Assembly: GCF_000018465.1 (NCBI RefSeq)
Contig: NC_010085.1
Span: 450,001 to 482,000, forward strand
Reading direction: 5' to 3'
Length of the DNA stretch: 32,000 nucleotides
Source: Nitrosopumilus maritimus SCM1
GTDB taxonomy: Archaea > Thermoproteota > Nitrososphaeria > Nitrososphaerales > Nitrosopumilaceae
Below the pieces are notes generated by a model that saw nothing but the letters and a program-made list of their open reading frames with translations, did not search any database and was not told the DNA's origin. This document shows positions 8,582 to 16,836 of this stretch, one piece after another. The number at the start of each line of letters is the position of its first letter. Position 1 is the first letter of the stretch. A program made the translations under genes and the position numbers.

Positions 8582-9231
8582 TTCCAATTCCTCACTATTG
8601 TAATGGCTCTTTTTTCAGCTTTTTTCATTTGACTGTCTTTTATTAACTGATCAATCTCATTATCAGCCATGATACTGCGAAGACATGCTTTTCGTTCTGT
8701 TGGAGTGGGAATCTTCTCTTTTGCAGCACCTCTTGCGATCTTTTGAATTTTAATTTGACCAATGTCTTCTTTTGTGATAATTTTTCTAAAGAGTTCTTCA
8801 GATTTTCTTTTGAGTTTTTTTGACATTGCAGGACTTCGACCTCCAGTAAAAATTGCAATCTGAATCATTTTTTCAAAATCAATTATAGCTGGATTTGAAA
8901 AGTCACTCTCATCTGGATTATCTGAACTATATGTGATAATTTTTTTCTTTTTTCCTATATTGATGATTTTTTGATTAAGTTTTTTGTCATCAGTAGTTGT
9001 AATGATGATGTCTGGTTTGAGTTTAGAAATGAATTTTGTATCTTGAATATTTTGTTTTTTTAATTGAATTTTCTTTGATTTTACAAGTCTGCTAATTTGT
9101 GGAGTTACTTTATTACTAATTACTATGATATTGCACTTTTCTTTTATCAGAGAATTGATTCTTTTTTGTGCCTCATTACCACCTCCAATCACAATCACTG
9201 ATTTTCCTTGAAGGTTCAGGTCTACTATCAT
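8578..9231 (-). CDS. Precorrin-2 dehydrogenase / sirohydrochlorin ferrochelatase (siroheme synthase N-terminal-domain type)
   Basis: LQGKSVIVIGGGNEAQKRINSLI Rossmann start and the later FTGGRSPAMSKKLKRKSEE motif are typical of CysG-N/Met8/SirC proteins. Confidence 0.8.
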   Translation of the reverse strand: MIVDLNLQGKSVIVIGGGNEAQKRINSLIKEKCNIIVISNKVTPQISRLVKSKKIQLKKQNIQDTKFISKLKPDIIITTTDDKKLNQKIINIGKKKKIITYSSDNPDESDFSNPAIIDFEKMIQIAIFTGGRSPAMSKKLKRKSEELFRKIITKEDIGQIKIQKIARGAAKEKIPTPTERKACLRSIMADNEIDQLIKDSQMKKAEKRAITIVRNWK

Positions 9232-9322
9232 CGATCAAAAACCTTTCGATTTCTATTTATGTATTAAAATCCTGTTTATGCATCCAGCTACATTTTTAAT
9301 TGAATGAGAGTGTGTTTGTCAT

Positions 9323-10348
9323 ATGACCTCTATGGATGAATTAGACAAAGAACTTCTAAATGAAATCCAGTGGACATTTCCTCTTGTCACTAGACCATTT
9401 GATGCAATTGCAAAAAAATTCAATACTACTCCTGAAATTGTAAAAGAACGTCTTAATCAACTAAAAGAAATCGGTGTGTTGAGACAACTTAGTGCAATTT
9501 TTGATACTAGAAAACTGGGTTACACTAGTTCATTGGTTGCAATGGAGATTGAACATGACAAATTGGAATATGTTGCAAGTCAAATTAATCGTCACCCTGG
9601 TGTTAGTCATAACTATGAACGTGATCATCAATTCAATCTTTGGTTTACTTTGGCTGTTCCTCCTGGATCTGATTTGAAAACAGAACTTGATAAATTCAAT
9701 GTCTTAAAAGGAATCAAAAAAGTACGAATGCTTCCTACCTTACAGTTATTCAAAATTGGTGTAAAACTTGACATGGTTGATGAAAAAAAACATGATGTTG
9801 CTCCAACTGAAGAAAAGAAAGAAATCAAGAATGTAAAATTTGAACCAACTGAAGAAGACAAAGACTTCATCCGTGAATTACAAAAAGATATGGATGTTAT
9901 CGATGAACCCTTTGTCAAAGCTGCAAATAATCTTGGAATGACTGAAAATGAATTATTTGAAAAGATGAAACATTATGAAGAGATTGGTGTGATGAGAAGA
10001 TTTGCTGCTATCTTAAGACATAGACAAGTTGGATTTACTGCAAACGGAATGATTGTTTGGAAGGTACCTGAAGATAAGATTACTGATGTTGGAGCACAAC
10101 TAGGTGCATTTCCTCAAGTAAGTCATTGCTATGAGAGACCTACATACCCTGATTGGCCTTACAATGTCTTTTCTATGATTCATTGTAAAACCCATGATGA
10201 AGCAAATGAAATGGCAAAAACTATTCAGGATCAAATCCATGTTGATGACTACAGAATTCTCTTTAGTTCTCGTGAATTCAAAAAAACACGTGTTGAATAT
10301 TTTGTTGAGAATTCTTTCTCATTAGAAGAAACAGTTCCTGCTTCCTAA
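9323..10348 (+). CDS. Fused AhbA/AhbB-like siroheme decarboxylase (NirDLGH / AsnC-like double module)
   Basis: Two tandem Lrp/AsnC-like modules (LDELDKELLNEIQ... and DKDFIRELQKDM...), each followed by a ...VSHNYER / VSHCYER segment as in AhbA/AhbB. Divergent from the sirC-hemA-hemB operon. Confidence 0.7.
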   Translation: MTSMDELDKELLNEIQWTFPLVTRPFDAIAKKFNTTPEIVKERLNQLKEIGVLRQLSAIFDTRKLGYTSSLVAMEIEHDKLEYVASQINRHPGVSHNYERDHQFNLWFTLAVPPGSDLKTELDKFNVLKGIKKVRMLPTLQLFKIGVKLDMVDEKKHDVAPTEEKKEIKNVKFEPTEEDKDFIRELQKDMDVIDEPFVKAANNLGMTENELFEKMKHYEEIGVMRRFAAILRHRQVGFTANGMIVWKVPEDKITDVGAQLGAFPQVSHCYERPTYPDWPYNVFSMIHCKTHDEANEMAKTIQDQIHVDDYRILFSSREFKKTRVEYFVENSFSLEETVPAS

Positions 10349-10683
10349 ATCTCATTTTCATCATGTCCTACGACATGAATTGTGCAAAAATACTGGTCAT
10401 TCATGTTACAGTAGAATGATGAATTTTTACCGCATTCTTTGCAAGGTGGTTTTTCATCATGTTCTGATAGTTTAGTATGGTAAATCTTACTTCTACTTGT
10501 GATTGCTGAATCCTTGTAAATTCTTGTCAGGTTGGTATAGTATTCTAATTCTCCTTGATTCAAAGGACCATCTTTTTTTATTTTTTTGATAATTACTTCC
10601 CATTTTTTATATTCGCCTATTTTGGCAAGCTTCATTCTTTCTATAACTTCTAGAGTTTTTTGAGAATCTATTGGAAAATCCAT
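10345..10683 (-). CDS. Hypothetical protein with a C-terminal B-box-like zinc finger
   Basis: C-terminal CKECGKNSSFYCNMNDQYFCTIHVVGH has the spacing C-X2-C-X7-C-X7-C-X2-H-X3-H. Lies 7 nt downstream of the aldo/keto reductase gene on the same strand. Confidence 0.5.
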   Translation of the reverse strand: MDFPIDSQKTLEVIERMKLAKIGEYKKWEVIIKKIKKDGPLNQGELEYYTNLTRIYKDSAITSRSKIYHTKLSEHDEKPPCKECGKNSSFYCNMNDQYFCTIHVVGHDENEI

Positions 10684-10690
10684 TTGTACA

Positions 10691-11689
10691 CTAGTTTACT
10701 TGTGGTGTTGCCTTTAGTTCGTATTCAGGCCATGTGTTGTACAAGTCATCAATTTCTTTCATATCTGAAGAACTCAAATATTTTCCATCAGAAATTGCTG
10801 CAAACATTTCAATCTCTTCTTCACTTACAACAGTTGGTAATACTGATGCAATTTTGTTTTTTGACAAGATGAATTTAATTGCAAATTCTGTAATGTTTAA
10901 TCCGTTTCTTTCTGCAATTGGTCTGAATTGTTCTACTTTTTCTAGTGCTGATTTTCTCCATTCTACTTTTCTATCTTTTCTGTGGTCATTTGCTGGAATT
11001 ACTGTATCTGCCTTTACTTTTCCAGTTAAAATCCCTGATGCGTCTGGAACTCTAACAAGAATTCCTACGTCTTGTTGCTCTGCTTTCTGAATTAACTCAT
11101 TACCTGGAGTTTGTTCTAAAATATTGTAAACTGTTTGAATTGATGATACACTTTTTCTATCCATTGCTTCTAGTCCTTCTTGAGTCCATCCAATTGCTGG
11201 ACCAAGTGCAACTTGGGCTGCTCTGATTTTTCCTTCATCCATTAATTCATCAATGGTGTTAAAGGTTTCATCATTTCTAACATGATGTAATTTTGGATTA
11301 TGCAATCCTAATGAATCAAGATAGTCTGTTTGTAATCTTTCTAAACATGCATCAACTGCTTTTCTTGTATATTCTGGACTGTAGTCCTGTGGTAATTCTG
11401 CATGTCCAATTTGTTCAACATCTGAAAAATCGTAACCATATTTTGTTGAAATTACTACCTCATCTCTCATTCCTTTGAATACTTCACCAATTAGTCTCTC
11501 ACTTTTCCCTTTACCATACATGTCTGCTGTTTCAAAATAATTAATTCCCAAATCATATGCTTTTTTTAGCATTCTTTTTGCTTCATCTTCTTCAACTTTC
11601 TTTCCCCACCAATCTAATGCAATACTCCATGCACCAAAACCTATCTCTGAAACTTCGATTCCACTTTTGCCTAGTTTTTTGTATTTCAT
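10691..11689 (-). CDS. Aldo/keto reductase family oxidoreductase
   Basis: MKYKKLGKSGIEVSEIGFGAW..., ...NYFETADMYGKGKSE..., ...ISTKYGY... are canonical AKR motifs, including the catalytic D/Y/K context. Confidence 0.85.
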   Translation of the reverse strand: MKYKKLGKSGIEVSEIGFGAWSIALDWWGKKVEEDEAKRMLKKAYDLGINYFETADMYGKGKSERLIGEVFKGMRDEVVISTKYGYDFSDVEQIGHAELPQDYSPEYTRKAVDACLERLQTDYLDSLGLHNPKLHHVRNDETFNTIDELMDEGKIRAAQVALGPAIGWTQEGLEAMDRKSVSSIQTVYNILEQTPGNELIQKAEQQDVGILVRVPDASGILTGKVKADTVIPANDHRKDRKVEWRKSALEKVEQFRPIAERNGLNITEFAIKFILSKNKIASVLPTVVSEEEIEMFAAISDGKYLSSSDMKEIDDLYNTWPEYELKATPQVN

Positions 11690-11764
11690 CTTTTACACCT
11701 TGATTTTAAGAGATATTTGAAATTTCTTCATTTATGTTTATCCGCAATTTGCACCTTTGAAATT

Positions 11765-12442
11765 CTAACCTAGACTGGAAATTAATGGCACAATGTCCTT
11801 TTTGATACATACAATCATAGGAATGTCATTTTTTACGTATGTTGAAACTTGAGTTTCTCTCAAATCCATTATCAAATCTTGAAAGTCTCTAACATTGTCT
11901 ACCTCAAATGCTAGCATGAAATCTTCATCATGTATTCCAAAAGAGTATGTTGTGTTTAGAATTACTTGTGGGTATTTTTTACTCACTTCAATATGTTCAT
12001 CCATTATCTCTTGTCTTTTTTCTTGAGGTAAGAGATACCATTCACGAGTTTTTGTAAATGGATAAACTATGACGTGTTTCTTTGGATCCATTCCTGTAAC
12101 GAATCCATGTTCTTTCCCTTGTCCTTTAACATAGATTGATGGTCTTGAACATGATAGATATGTCCTAGATGGAATGATGTATTTTCCAAAAACTGTTTTG
12201 TATAATTTTTCTATCGCCTTTTGAATTTCTTCTAATGAACTTCCAACAAACCATAATAGAAAGTCTGCATCATCTCTTAATCCTAAATTAGAATATGCTC
12301 TGTATTTTATTCCTGAATTTTTTAAAATATTTTCAACTTCTTTTGCAGATTCTTCTTTTGCCAAATCTGCCATCCATCTCCATTTAGGATCAACTTTGAA
12401 AAATGAGAAATTGAAATAATATTGTTCATTATCTTCTGACAT
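11765..12442 (-). CDS. Chlorite dismutase-like / HemQ (ChdC)-like family protein
   Basis: FFKVDPKWRW..., YPFTKTREWYLLPQEKRQEIMDEHIEV (candidate proximal His), and TYSFGIHDEDFMLAFEVDNVRDFQDLIMDLRET match the Cld/HemQ fold signature. Confidence 0.8.
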   Translation of the reverse strand: MSEDNEQYYFNFSFFKVDPKWRWMADLAKEESAKEVENILKNSGIKYRAYSNLGLRDDADFLLWFVGSSLEEIQKAIEKLYKTVFGKYIIPSRTYLSCSRPSIYVKGQGKEHGFVTGMDPKKHVIVYPFTKTREWYLLPQEKRQEIMDEHIEVSKKYPQVILNTTYSFGIHDEDFMLAFEVDNVRDFQDLIMDLRETQVSTYVKNDIPMIVCIKKDIVPLISSLG

Positions 12443-12513
12443 GTTCTGTACAATTTGAAAACCCTATTTAAACAAAAACTAGATTTTCTGTTGTGAAATT
12501 TCTAAAATTTGAT

Positions 12514-13284
12514 TTATGCAGTTTGTTCTAAAACCCAATCATATCCTTCTGATTCGAGTTTGTCTGCAAGAGATGCATCTCCTGTTTTGAGAACTTGACC
12601 TCTTGCAAATACGTGAACATAATCAAGTTTGTCTAAGAATTTTAGAATTCTTGCATAGTGTGTAATGACAATTACTGTTGCATCTTTACCTGAAACTTGA
12701 CTGATTGCTTTTGCAACTGCTTGAACTGCGTCAATATCTAAACCAGAATCTGGTTCATCTAAAATTGAAATTTTTGGTTTTAATACTGCCATCTGTAAAA
12801 CTTCTGCTCTCTTTTTTTCTCCTCCAGAGAAACCCTCGTTAAGGTATCTTGAAAGGAACTCTTCTTTTAGTCCAACTTTTTCTAGATTTTCTTTAAGATA
12901 TTTTTGAAATTCTCTTACTGTGATGAACACTTCTCTATCATCACCTTCAAGTGCTTTACTTAGAGAATTGTAAGCTGTTCTAAGAAAGTGAGAGAAACCT
13001 ACACCAGAAACTTCTGTTGGGTATTGGAATCCTAAGAATAATCCTTTCTTTGCTCTTTCATCTGCAGTTAATTCTAAAATGCTCTCACCATCTAACAAAA
13101 TATCTCCTTGTGTAACTTCGTATTTTGGATGTGCAAGTAATGTGTAAGCTAGCGTACTTTTTCCTGAACCGTTAGGTCCCATAATGGCATGAACTTCTCC
13201 AGGACCTGTTTTCAAATTAACTCCTTTGAGTATTTCTTTTCCTTCTCTTGTTACATGAAGGTCTTTAATCTCAAGAACTGCCAT
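12514..13284 (-). CDS. sufC: Fe-S cluster assembly ATPase SufC
   Basis: LEIKDLHV...ILKGVNL....GEVHAIMGPNGSGKSTL...LAHPKYEVTQG.ILLDGE.ILEL..DERAK.GLFLGFQYP, FSGGEKKR, ILDEPDSGLDID are canonical SufC. Confidence 0.9.
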   Translation of the reverse strand: MAVLEIKDLHVTREGKEILKGVNLKTGPGEVHAIMGPNGSGKSTLAYTLLAHPKYEVTQGDILLDGESILELTADERAKKGLFLGFQYPTEVSGVGFSHFLRTAYNSLSKALEGDDREVFITVREFQKYLKENLEKVGLKEEFLSRYLNEGFSGGEKKRAEVLQMAVLKPKISILDEPDSGLDIDAVQAVAKAISQVSGKDATVIVITHYARILKFLDKLDYVHVFARGQVLKTGDASLADKLESEGYDWVLEQTA

Positions 13285-13306
13285 GTTGCAAAATGTTTTG
13301 TTTCTA

Positions 13307-13313
13307 TATATAA
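13307..13313 (-). promoter_or_regulatory. TATA-box-like element for sufC
   Basis: The minus strand reads ATTATATATAG, with the core about 29 nt upstream of ATG 13284. This implies a short or absent leader. Confidence 0.45.
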
Positions 13314-13350
13314 TACAGACGAAATTTAGCTGATCCTAACGTGTGTTTTT

Positions 13351-13368
13351 GATAATAAAATGAAAAGA
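13351..13368 (-). terminator. T-rich tract downstream of tfb (putative archaeal terminator)
   Basis: After the tfb stop the minus strand reads CA-C11-TCTTTTCATTTTATTATC. Oligo-T runs are the usual archaeal termination signal. Confidence 0.35.
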
Positions 13369-13379
13369 GGGGGGGGGGG
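13369..13379. repeat. G11 (C11 on the gene strand) homopolymer
   Basis: Eleven consecutive G between the tfb stop (13382-13384) and the sufC promoter, in an otherwise AT-rich intergenic region. Confidence 0.95.
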
Positions 13380-13381
13380 TG

Positions 13382-14338
13382 TTAATATTTGGCCAGAGAT
13401 GGTCTCAAAGTAATTTTGAGTTTGTAATTTGTTAGAATCTCTTTACATCTATTTCTGATAGTAACTTCAGTTACTCCTGCAATGCTTGAAACGTCTCTTT
13501 GGAGTACGTTTTGACCAAGCAGGACTGATGACACATACAGGTATGCTGCAGCAATTCCATTTGGAGCCTTTCCATCAGCAATACTACTGTCTTTTGTTTT
13601 TTCTGCAATTTCCAAGGCTAGTCTCTCTACTCTAACCTCAGTTTGTGTCATGTTTGCTATCTTTGAGATGTATTTGTCCATAGTTACTACTGGAGCAGTT
13701 AGTTGTCCCATTTCCATAACCATGGTTCTGTAGTATCTTGCTGCAAGTTTTGTTTTTGATTTTACGTCTTTTGGTGGACAAATTCCACGAATAATTTCTT
13801 CTAGTGATCTTACTACATCACATTGTTTGCATGCCATGTAAATTGTAGCTGCTGTAATGCTTACTACTGATTTTCCCTTCACATCAACATGTCCGTCCAA
13901 GTTTCTGTATATCATAGAAGCAGTCTCCAACACATTTTTTGAAAGACCTAGACCGTCACATGTTTCTCCCATTTTTGTTAAAACATTTGCAAGTCGTCTC
14001 TCTTTTGGTGAGGATACTCTTACTCTTTGTTGCCACTTTCTGAGATTGTGCATTTGGTTTGCAACTTCGTGGTTGATTGTTTTTCCACTAAAGTCCTTTG
14101 TACTAATTGCTATCTCAGTCGTAATTCCCAAATCGTGTTGGGAATATGTTGTTTGTCCGGTTGCTCTTGCTAATTTCATCTTGTCTTCAAGATTCGAACT
14201 AATTGTTTCTGGACCATAATCTGCTACTTGATCTGCGACTACTACACCGCAACCAGAGCAGATTAATTCACCATTCTGCATGTCATTAACTACTGTTGCT
14301 TGACATTCAGGACAGTTTTGTTCTTCTAGTGCGTTCAT
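13382..14338 (-). CDS. tfb: Transcription initiation factor IIB (TFB)
   Basis: N-terminal Zn ribbon CPEC...CSGCG, B-linker, and two cyclin-like repeats (...IYMACKQCDVVRSLEEI... and ...AAAYLYVSSVLLGQNVLQRDVSSIAGVTEVTIRNRCKEI). Confidence 0.9.
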   Translation of the reverse strand: MNALEEQNCPECQATVVNDMQNGELICSGCGVVVADQVADYGPETISSNLEDKMKLARATGQTTYSQHDLGITTEIAISTKDFSGKTINHEVANQMHNLRKWQQRVRVSSPKERRLANVLTKMGETCDGLGLSKNVLETASMIYRNLDGHVDVKGKSVVSITAATIYMACKQCDVVRSLEEIIRGICPPKDVKSKTKLAARYYRTMVMEMGQLTAPVVTMDKYISKIANMTQTEVRVERLALEIAEKTKDSSIADGKAPNGIAAAYLYVSSVLLGQNVLQRDVSSIAGVTEVTIRNRCKEILTNYKLKITLRPSLAKY

Positions 14339-14604
14339 TTTTTTCTTCTCCTAAATTTTTTCTTTGAATTGTCAGGAGAATGTTCTGTTGCGAAAACACT
14401 TTTGCCAATGTATCTTTTGATGTTGTTTGTTAACGGAGTTGCGGATGCAAATGGTCTCCTTACTGGACCAATTAATTCCATTACTTTCGCAACTCTAGTT
14501 CCCTTCTCGTCGCAGAGTATTTGTCCTTCAACCAATTTGTTAGATAGTTGAATGATTACCCTACCACTACCGGCTAGGTGCATTATTTCGCCTACCTCCT
14601 GCAA
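14335..14604 (-). CDS. gar1: H/ACA RNP component Gar1
   Basis: MQEVGEIMHLAGSGRVIIQL...GTRVAKVMELIGPVRRPFASATP is colinear with archaeal Gar1 as I recall it (MKRLGKVLHYAKQGFLIVR...VKDVFGPV..PY). That alignment supports the TTG 14604 start. Basic KKKFRRRKK tail. ATGA overlap with the tfb start. Confidence 0.8.
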   Translation of the reverse strand: MQEVGEIMHLAGSGRVIIQLSNKLVEGQILCDEKGTRVAKVMELIGPVRRPFASATPLTNNIKRYIGKSVFATEHSPDNSKKKFRRRKK

Positions 14605-14678
14605 TTAAAAACACTAATCATGATATTCTTATCATAGACTTCTGTCAACTTTACTTTAGCTAAGAGCTAGATTTGATT

Positions 14679-14978
14679 TTATTTTGATTGTTTGGACCTT
14701 TTTGCAACAAGTTTTTCGGAAATTTTGTTAAGAATTTTTGTCTTGGAGGATCCTTTTGGCAAAACAACATACCCTGACCTAACAAATGGTCTTTTTGGAA
14801 ATCTTACTTTGTCATCTGATTCTGTAATTTCAAATCCTGCAGCTTTTGCAGCATCTGTCAATTCTTTTAATGAAGGATCGAAAACACATTTTTCTAATCC
14901 TAGTCTTCTACCTTTTGATTTTTTTAAATTCTTGTTGAAATAATCCAACCAGATTACGATGTGTTCGTAATCTTTCAT
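14679..14978 (-). CDS. srp19: Signal recognition particle protein SRP19
   Basis: IVIWLDYFNKNLKKSKGRRLG...P...EL..AAKAAGFE is the SRP19 signature. About 100 aa. Confidence 0.8.
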   Translation of the reverse strand: MKDYEHIVIWLDYFNKNLKKSKGRRLGLEKCVFDPSLKELTDAAKAAGFEITESDDKVRFPKRPFVRSGYVVLPKGSSKTKILNKISEKLVAKRSKQSK

Positions 14979-14979
14979 T

Positions 14980-15363
14980 TTATTCCTTTACTAAAATTGC
15001 GTTAACGATTCCGTTTTGTCCTGGTTTAGAAACTACTTTGCATTTACCTTCTTGTGTTTCTAGTATTGCACCTTTTGTAATAATGCCACGTCTTTTGTAA
15101 TCATTGTTTGTTGTATTGTCTAACACTTTGAGAATTTTTGCTTTCTTTACTTTTGCATCTCCTGTTGCAAGATTAACAAAATCAATTGTCTTAACAGCTG
15201 TCTTTCTATTCTTTCCACGAACTGTTCTTGTTACTGTAACTTGAGCTCCTGTTACTGCTTCATTTGGATATCTATCAGTTTCATACTTTCTTCTAATTCT
15301 AAGTGGATGTCTTCTTCCTCCAGTTGTTTTACTGGTTGCTAAATTTTCTACTGATTTTCTCAC
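14980..15363 (-). CDS. rps8e: Ribosomal protein S8e (eS8)
   Basis: ...TTGGRRHPLRIRRKYE... and the C-terminal RRGIITKGAILETQEGKCKVVSKPGQNGIVNAILVKE closely match archaeal S8e. GTG start. Confidence 0.85.
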   Translation of the reverse strand: MRKSVENLATSKTTGGRRHPLRIRRKYETDRYPNEAVTGAQVTVTRTVRGKNRKTAVKTIDFVNLATGDAKVKKAKILKVLDNTTNNDYKRRGIITKGAILETQEGKCKVVSKPGQNGIVNAILVKE

Positions 15364-15431
15364 GAAAACTGGTCCAAATTACTCTAATTTATACAAAACG
15401 CAAAAAATTAGGCTTAAAGTAAAAAATTGAC

Positions 15432-16010
15432 TTAGTTTACTTCTGTTACAATTTGAGGTGCAGGAGTTGTCTGTCTTGCACTTGCTGTTTTCCTTACTTT
15501 TGAGAATAATCTCTGTTTTAGATCTTCTACATCTCCTTGTATTCCAAAATATTTTTGGAACTTTTCTGTTGTGGTGTAAATTTTGATTCTTCCAACATTT
15601 TGATGAGTAATGTAATCTAATTGTCTGAGTTCTTTCAAATGTGCATAAACTCCGGATCCTCTTACTTCTACAAGTTGTTTTGATGATATTGGTTGTTGAT
15701 ATGCAATGTATGATAATGTCTTAAGAGTGGCATTTGGAAGAACTGGTTTTGATGCGTATTTCTTGACTGTAGCACTATATTCTGGTTTGAGTTGCATGAC
15801 ATAGGAACCGTCTGGAAGTATGACTACTTCTAATGCTTTGAATGCAGATTTTGTCTTTTTCATAATGTTTTGGAGAATATCTAGCGTCTTTGTTCTTGAT
15901 TCTGTGCCTGAGGCTCTGACTATGTCTTCTATTCGGAGTGGTCTACCTGCTGAATAAAGTGCAGCCTCTACTCTTGCTGTTGCTTCATCTATATTCTCAA
16001 TTTTGGCCAA
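15432..16010 (-). CDS. scpB: Segregation and condensation protein B (ScpB)
   Basis: VEAALYSAGRPLRIEDI... plus two winged-helix halves (...LKTLSYIAYQQPISSKQLVEVRG...). TTG start. Confidence 0.8.
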   Translation of the reverse strand: MAKIENIDEATARVEAALYSAGRPLRIEDIVRASGTESRTKTLDILQNIMKKTKSAFKALEVVILPDGSYVMQLKPEYSATVKKYASKPVLPNATLKTLSYIAYQQPISSKQLVEVRGSGVYAHLKELRQLDYITHQNVGRIKIYTTTEKFQKYFGIQGDVEDLKQRLFSKVRKTASARQTTPAPQIVTEVN

Positions 16011-16064
16011 TTATTCGTTCATCCCTCCAAAATATAGTTAAAGAAATCCTTTCTTCATTTTTGA

Positions 16065-16742
16065 TCAGTTTGTTAATTCTTCTTTTATGGCTGTGATTTT
16101 GATATCGTCTTCAACTTGTTCCAAATCTACTTTTTGGTCTCTTGCCAAAAACAATATTGCAAAGAAACATCTAATTGAATCAACTGGATCTAATTCTGCA
16201 ATGATATCTTGTAGTAATCCATGACCTGTATTAGCAATTTTCTTCATAACCAAGTCTTCATACTTTCCAATAATACTTTCAAGTGAAATGAAGTACTCCT
16301 GAAAGTCTGGTGCTTCAATTGGTTCTATCTCTACTTGTCTATTTCTTCTTGATTGAGGATTTGCAATTGTTCCAATAAGGTTTTGAAGCAATCCTAACAA
16401 ATCGTCTAGTGAAACTGGATATGTAGATTCATGTCTGTATGGCATATCAATTAAATCAATATCAACATCTGTCCTTTGATGCATTGGTTTTTTCTGCATT
16501 GCTGCTCGTTGTAATGCGAAAATACTTTCTACTTTCATTCTATAAATTAATGAAGATGACAATGCAGCCATTCCTGCTACTTTGAGGTCTTTCTTACCTG
16601 ATTTTTCAAGAATTTTTATCAATAAATTCAAAATTTGGATTAAATCAATCTCCCAGACGTCTTTTTTGACAACTGACTGAGGACTAAATAGAATGTTTAC
16701 TGGTTCTTGAGAAATACTGTTGGGTGTAGGTGACTCACTCAC
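16065..16742 (-). CDS. scpA: Segregation and condensation protein A (ScpA, kleisin)
   Basis: N-terminal ...VWEIDLIQILNLLIKIL... and C-terminal winged-helix ...FFAILFLARDQKVDLEQVEDDIKI are typical of ScpA. Located directly upstream of scpB. Confidence 0.72.
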   Translation of the reverse strand: MSESPTPNSISQEPVNILFSPQSVVKKDVWEIDLIQILNLLIKILEKSGKKDLKVAGMAALSSSLIYRMKVESIFALQRAAMQKKPMHQRTDVDIDLIDMPYRHESTYPVSLDDLLGLLQNLIGTIANPQSRRNRQVEIEPIEAPDFQEYFISLESIIGKYEDLVMKKIANTGHGLLQDIIAELDPVDSIRCFFAILFLARDQKVDLEQVEDDIKITAIKEELTN

Positions 16743-16808
16743 ACGAATATTTTCTTCCTATTCAATAATATCTAAGGGCTCTATTTTTTTCTCATATCCA
16801 GTCAACTC

Positions 16809-16815
16809 TTATATT
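16809..16815 (+). promoter_or_regulatory. TATA-box-like element for the alcohol dehydrogenase gene
   Basis: TTATATT 28 nt upstream of ATG 16837. This supports the shorter start. Confidence 0.4.
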
Positions 16816-16836
16816 GTTAGTACCAAAAGCAAATTT

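Noticed and set aside
13339-13348. Shared 10-mer AACGTGTGTT in the intergenic regions near 13339 and 20173 (and ACGTGTTTGTT near 20222) as a regulatory motif
   Set aside because: In a 32-kb AT-biased window, many 10-mer coincidences are expected by chance. There is no consistent position relative to promoters.
13857-14219. Long antisense ORFs inside tfb (13857-14219), the AKR gene (10734-11090), apgM (26809-27954 set), the heme genes and others listed in the track
   Set aside because: Each is antisense to a gene with strong family motifs and has biased, low-complexity composition. This is the typical shadow-ORF behaviour of AT-rich genomes.
14620-14678. Small hairpin (TAGCT-AAG-AGCTA) between srp19 and gar1 as an H/ACA or other sRNA
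   Set aside because: It has only a 5-bp stem, with no ACA box or pseudouridylation pocket architecture. It is more simply part of the intergenic terminator/promoter region.
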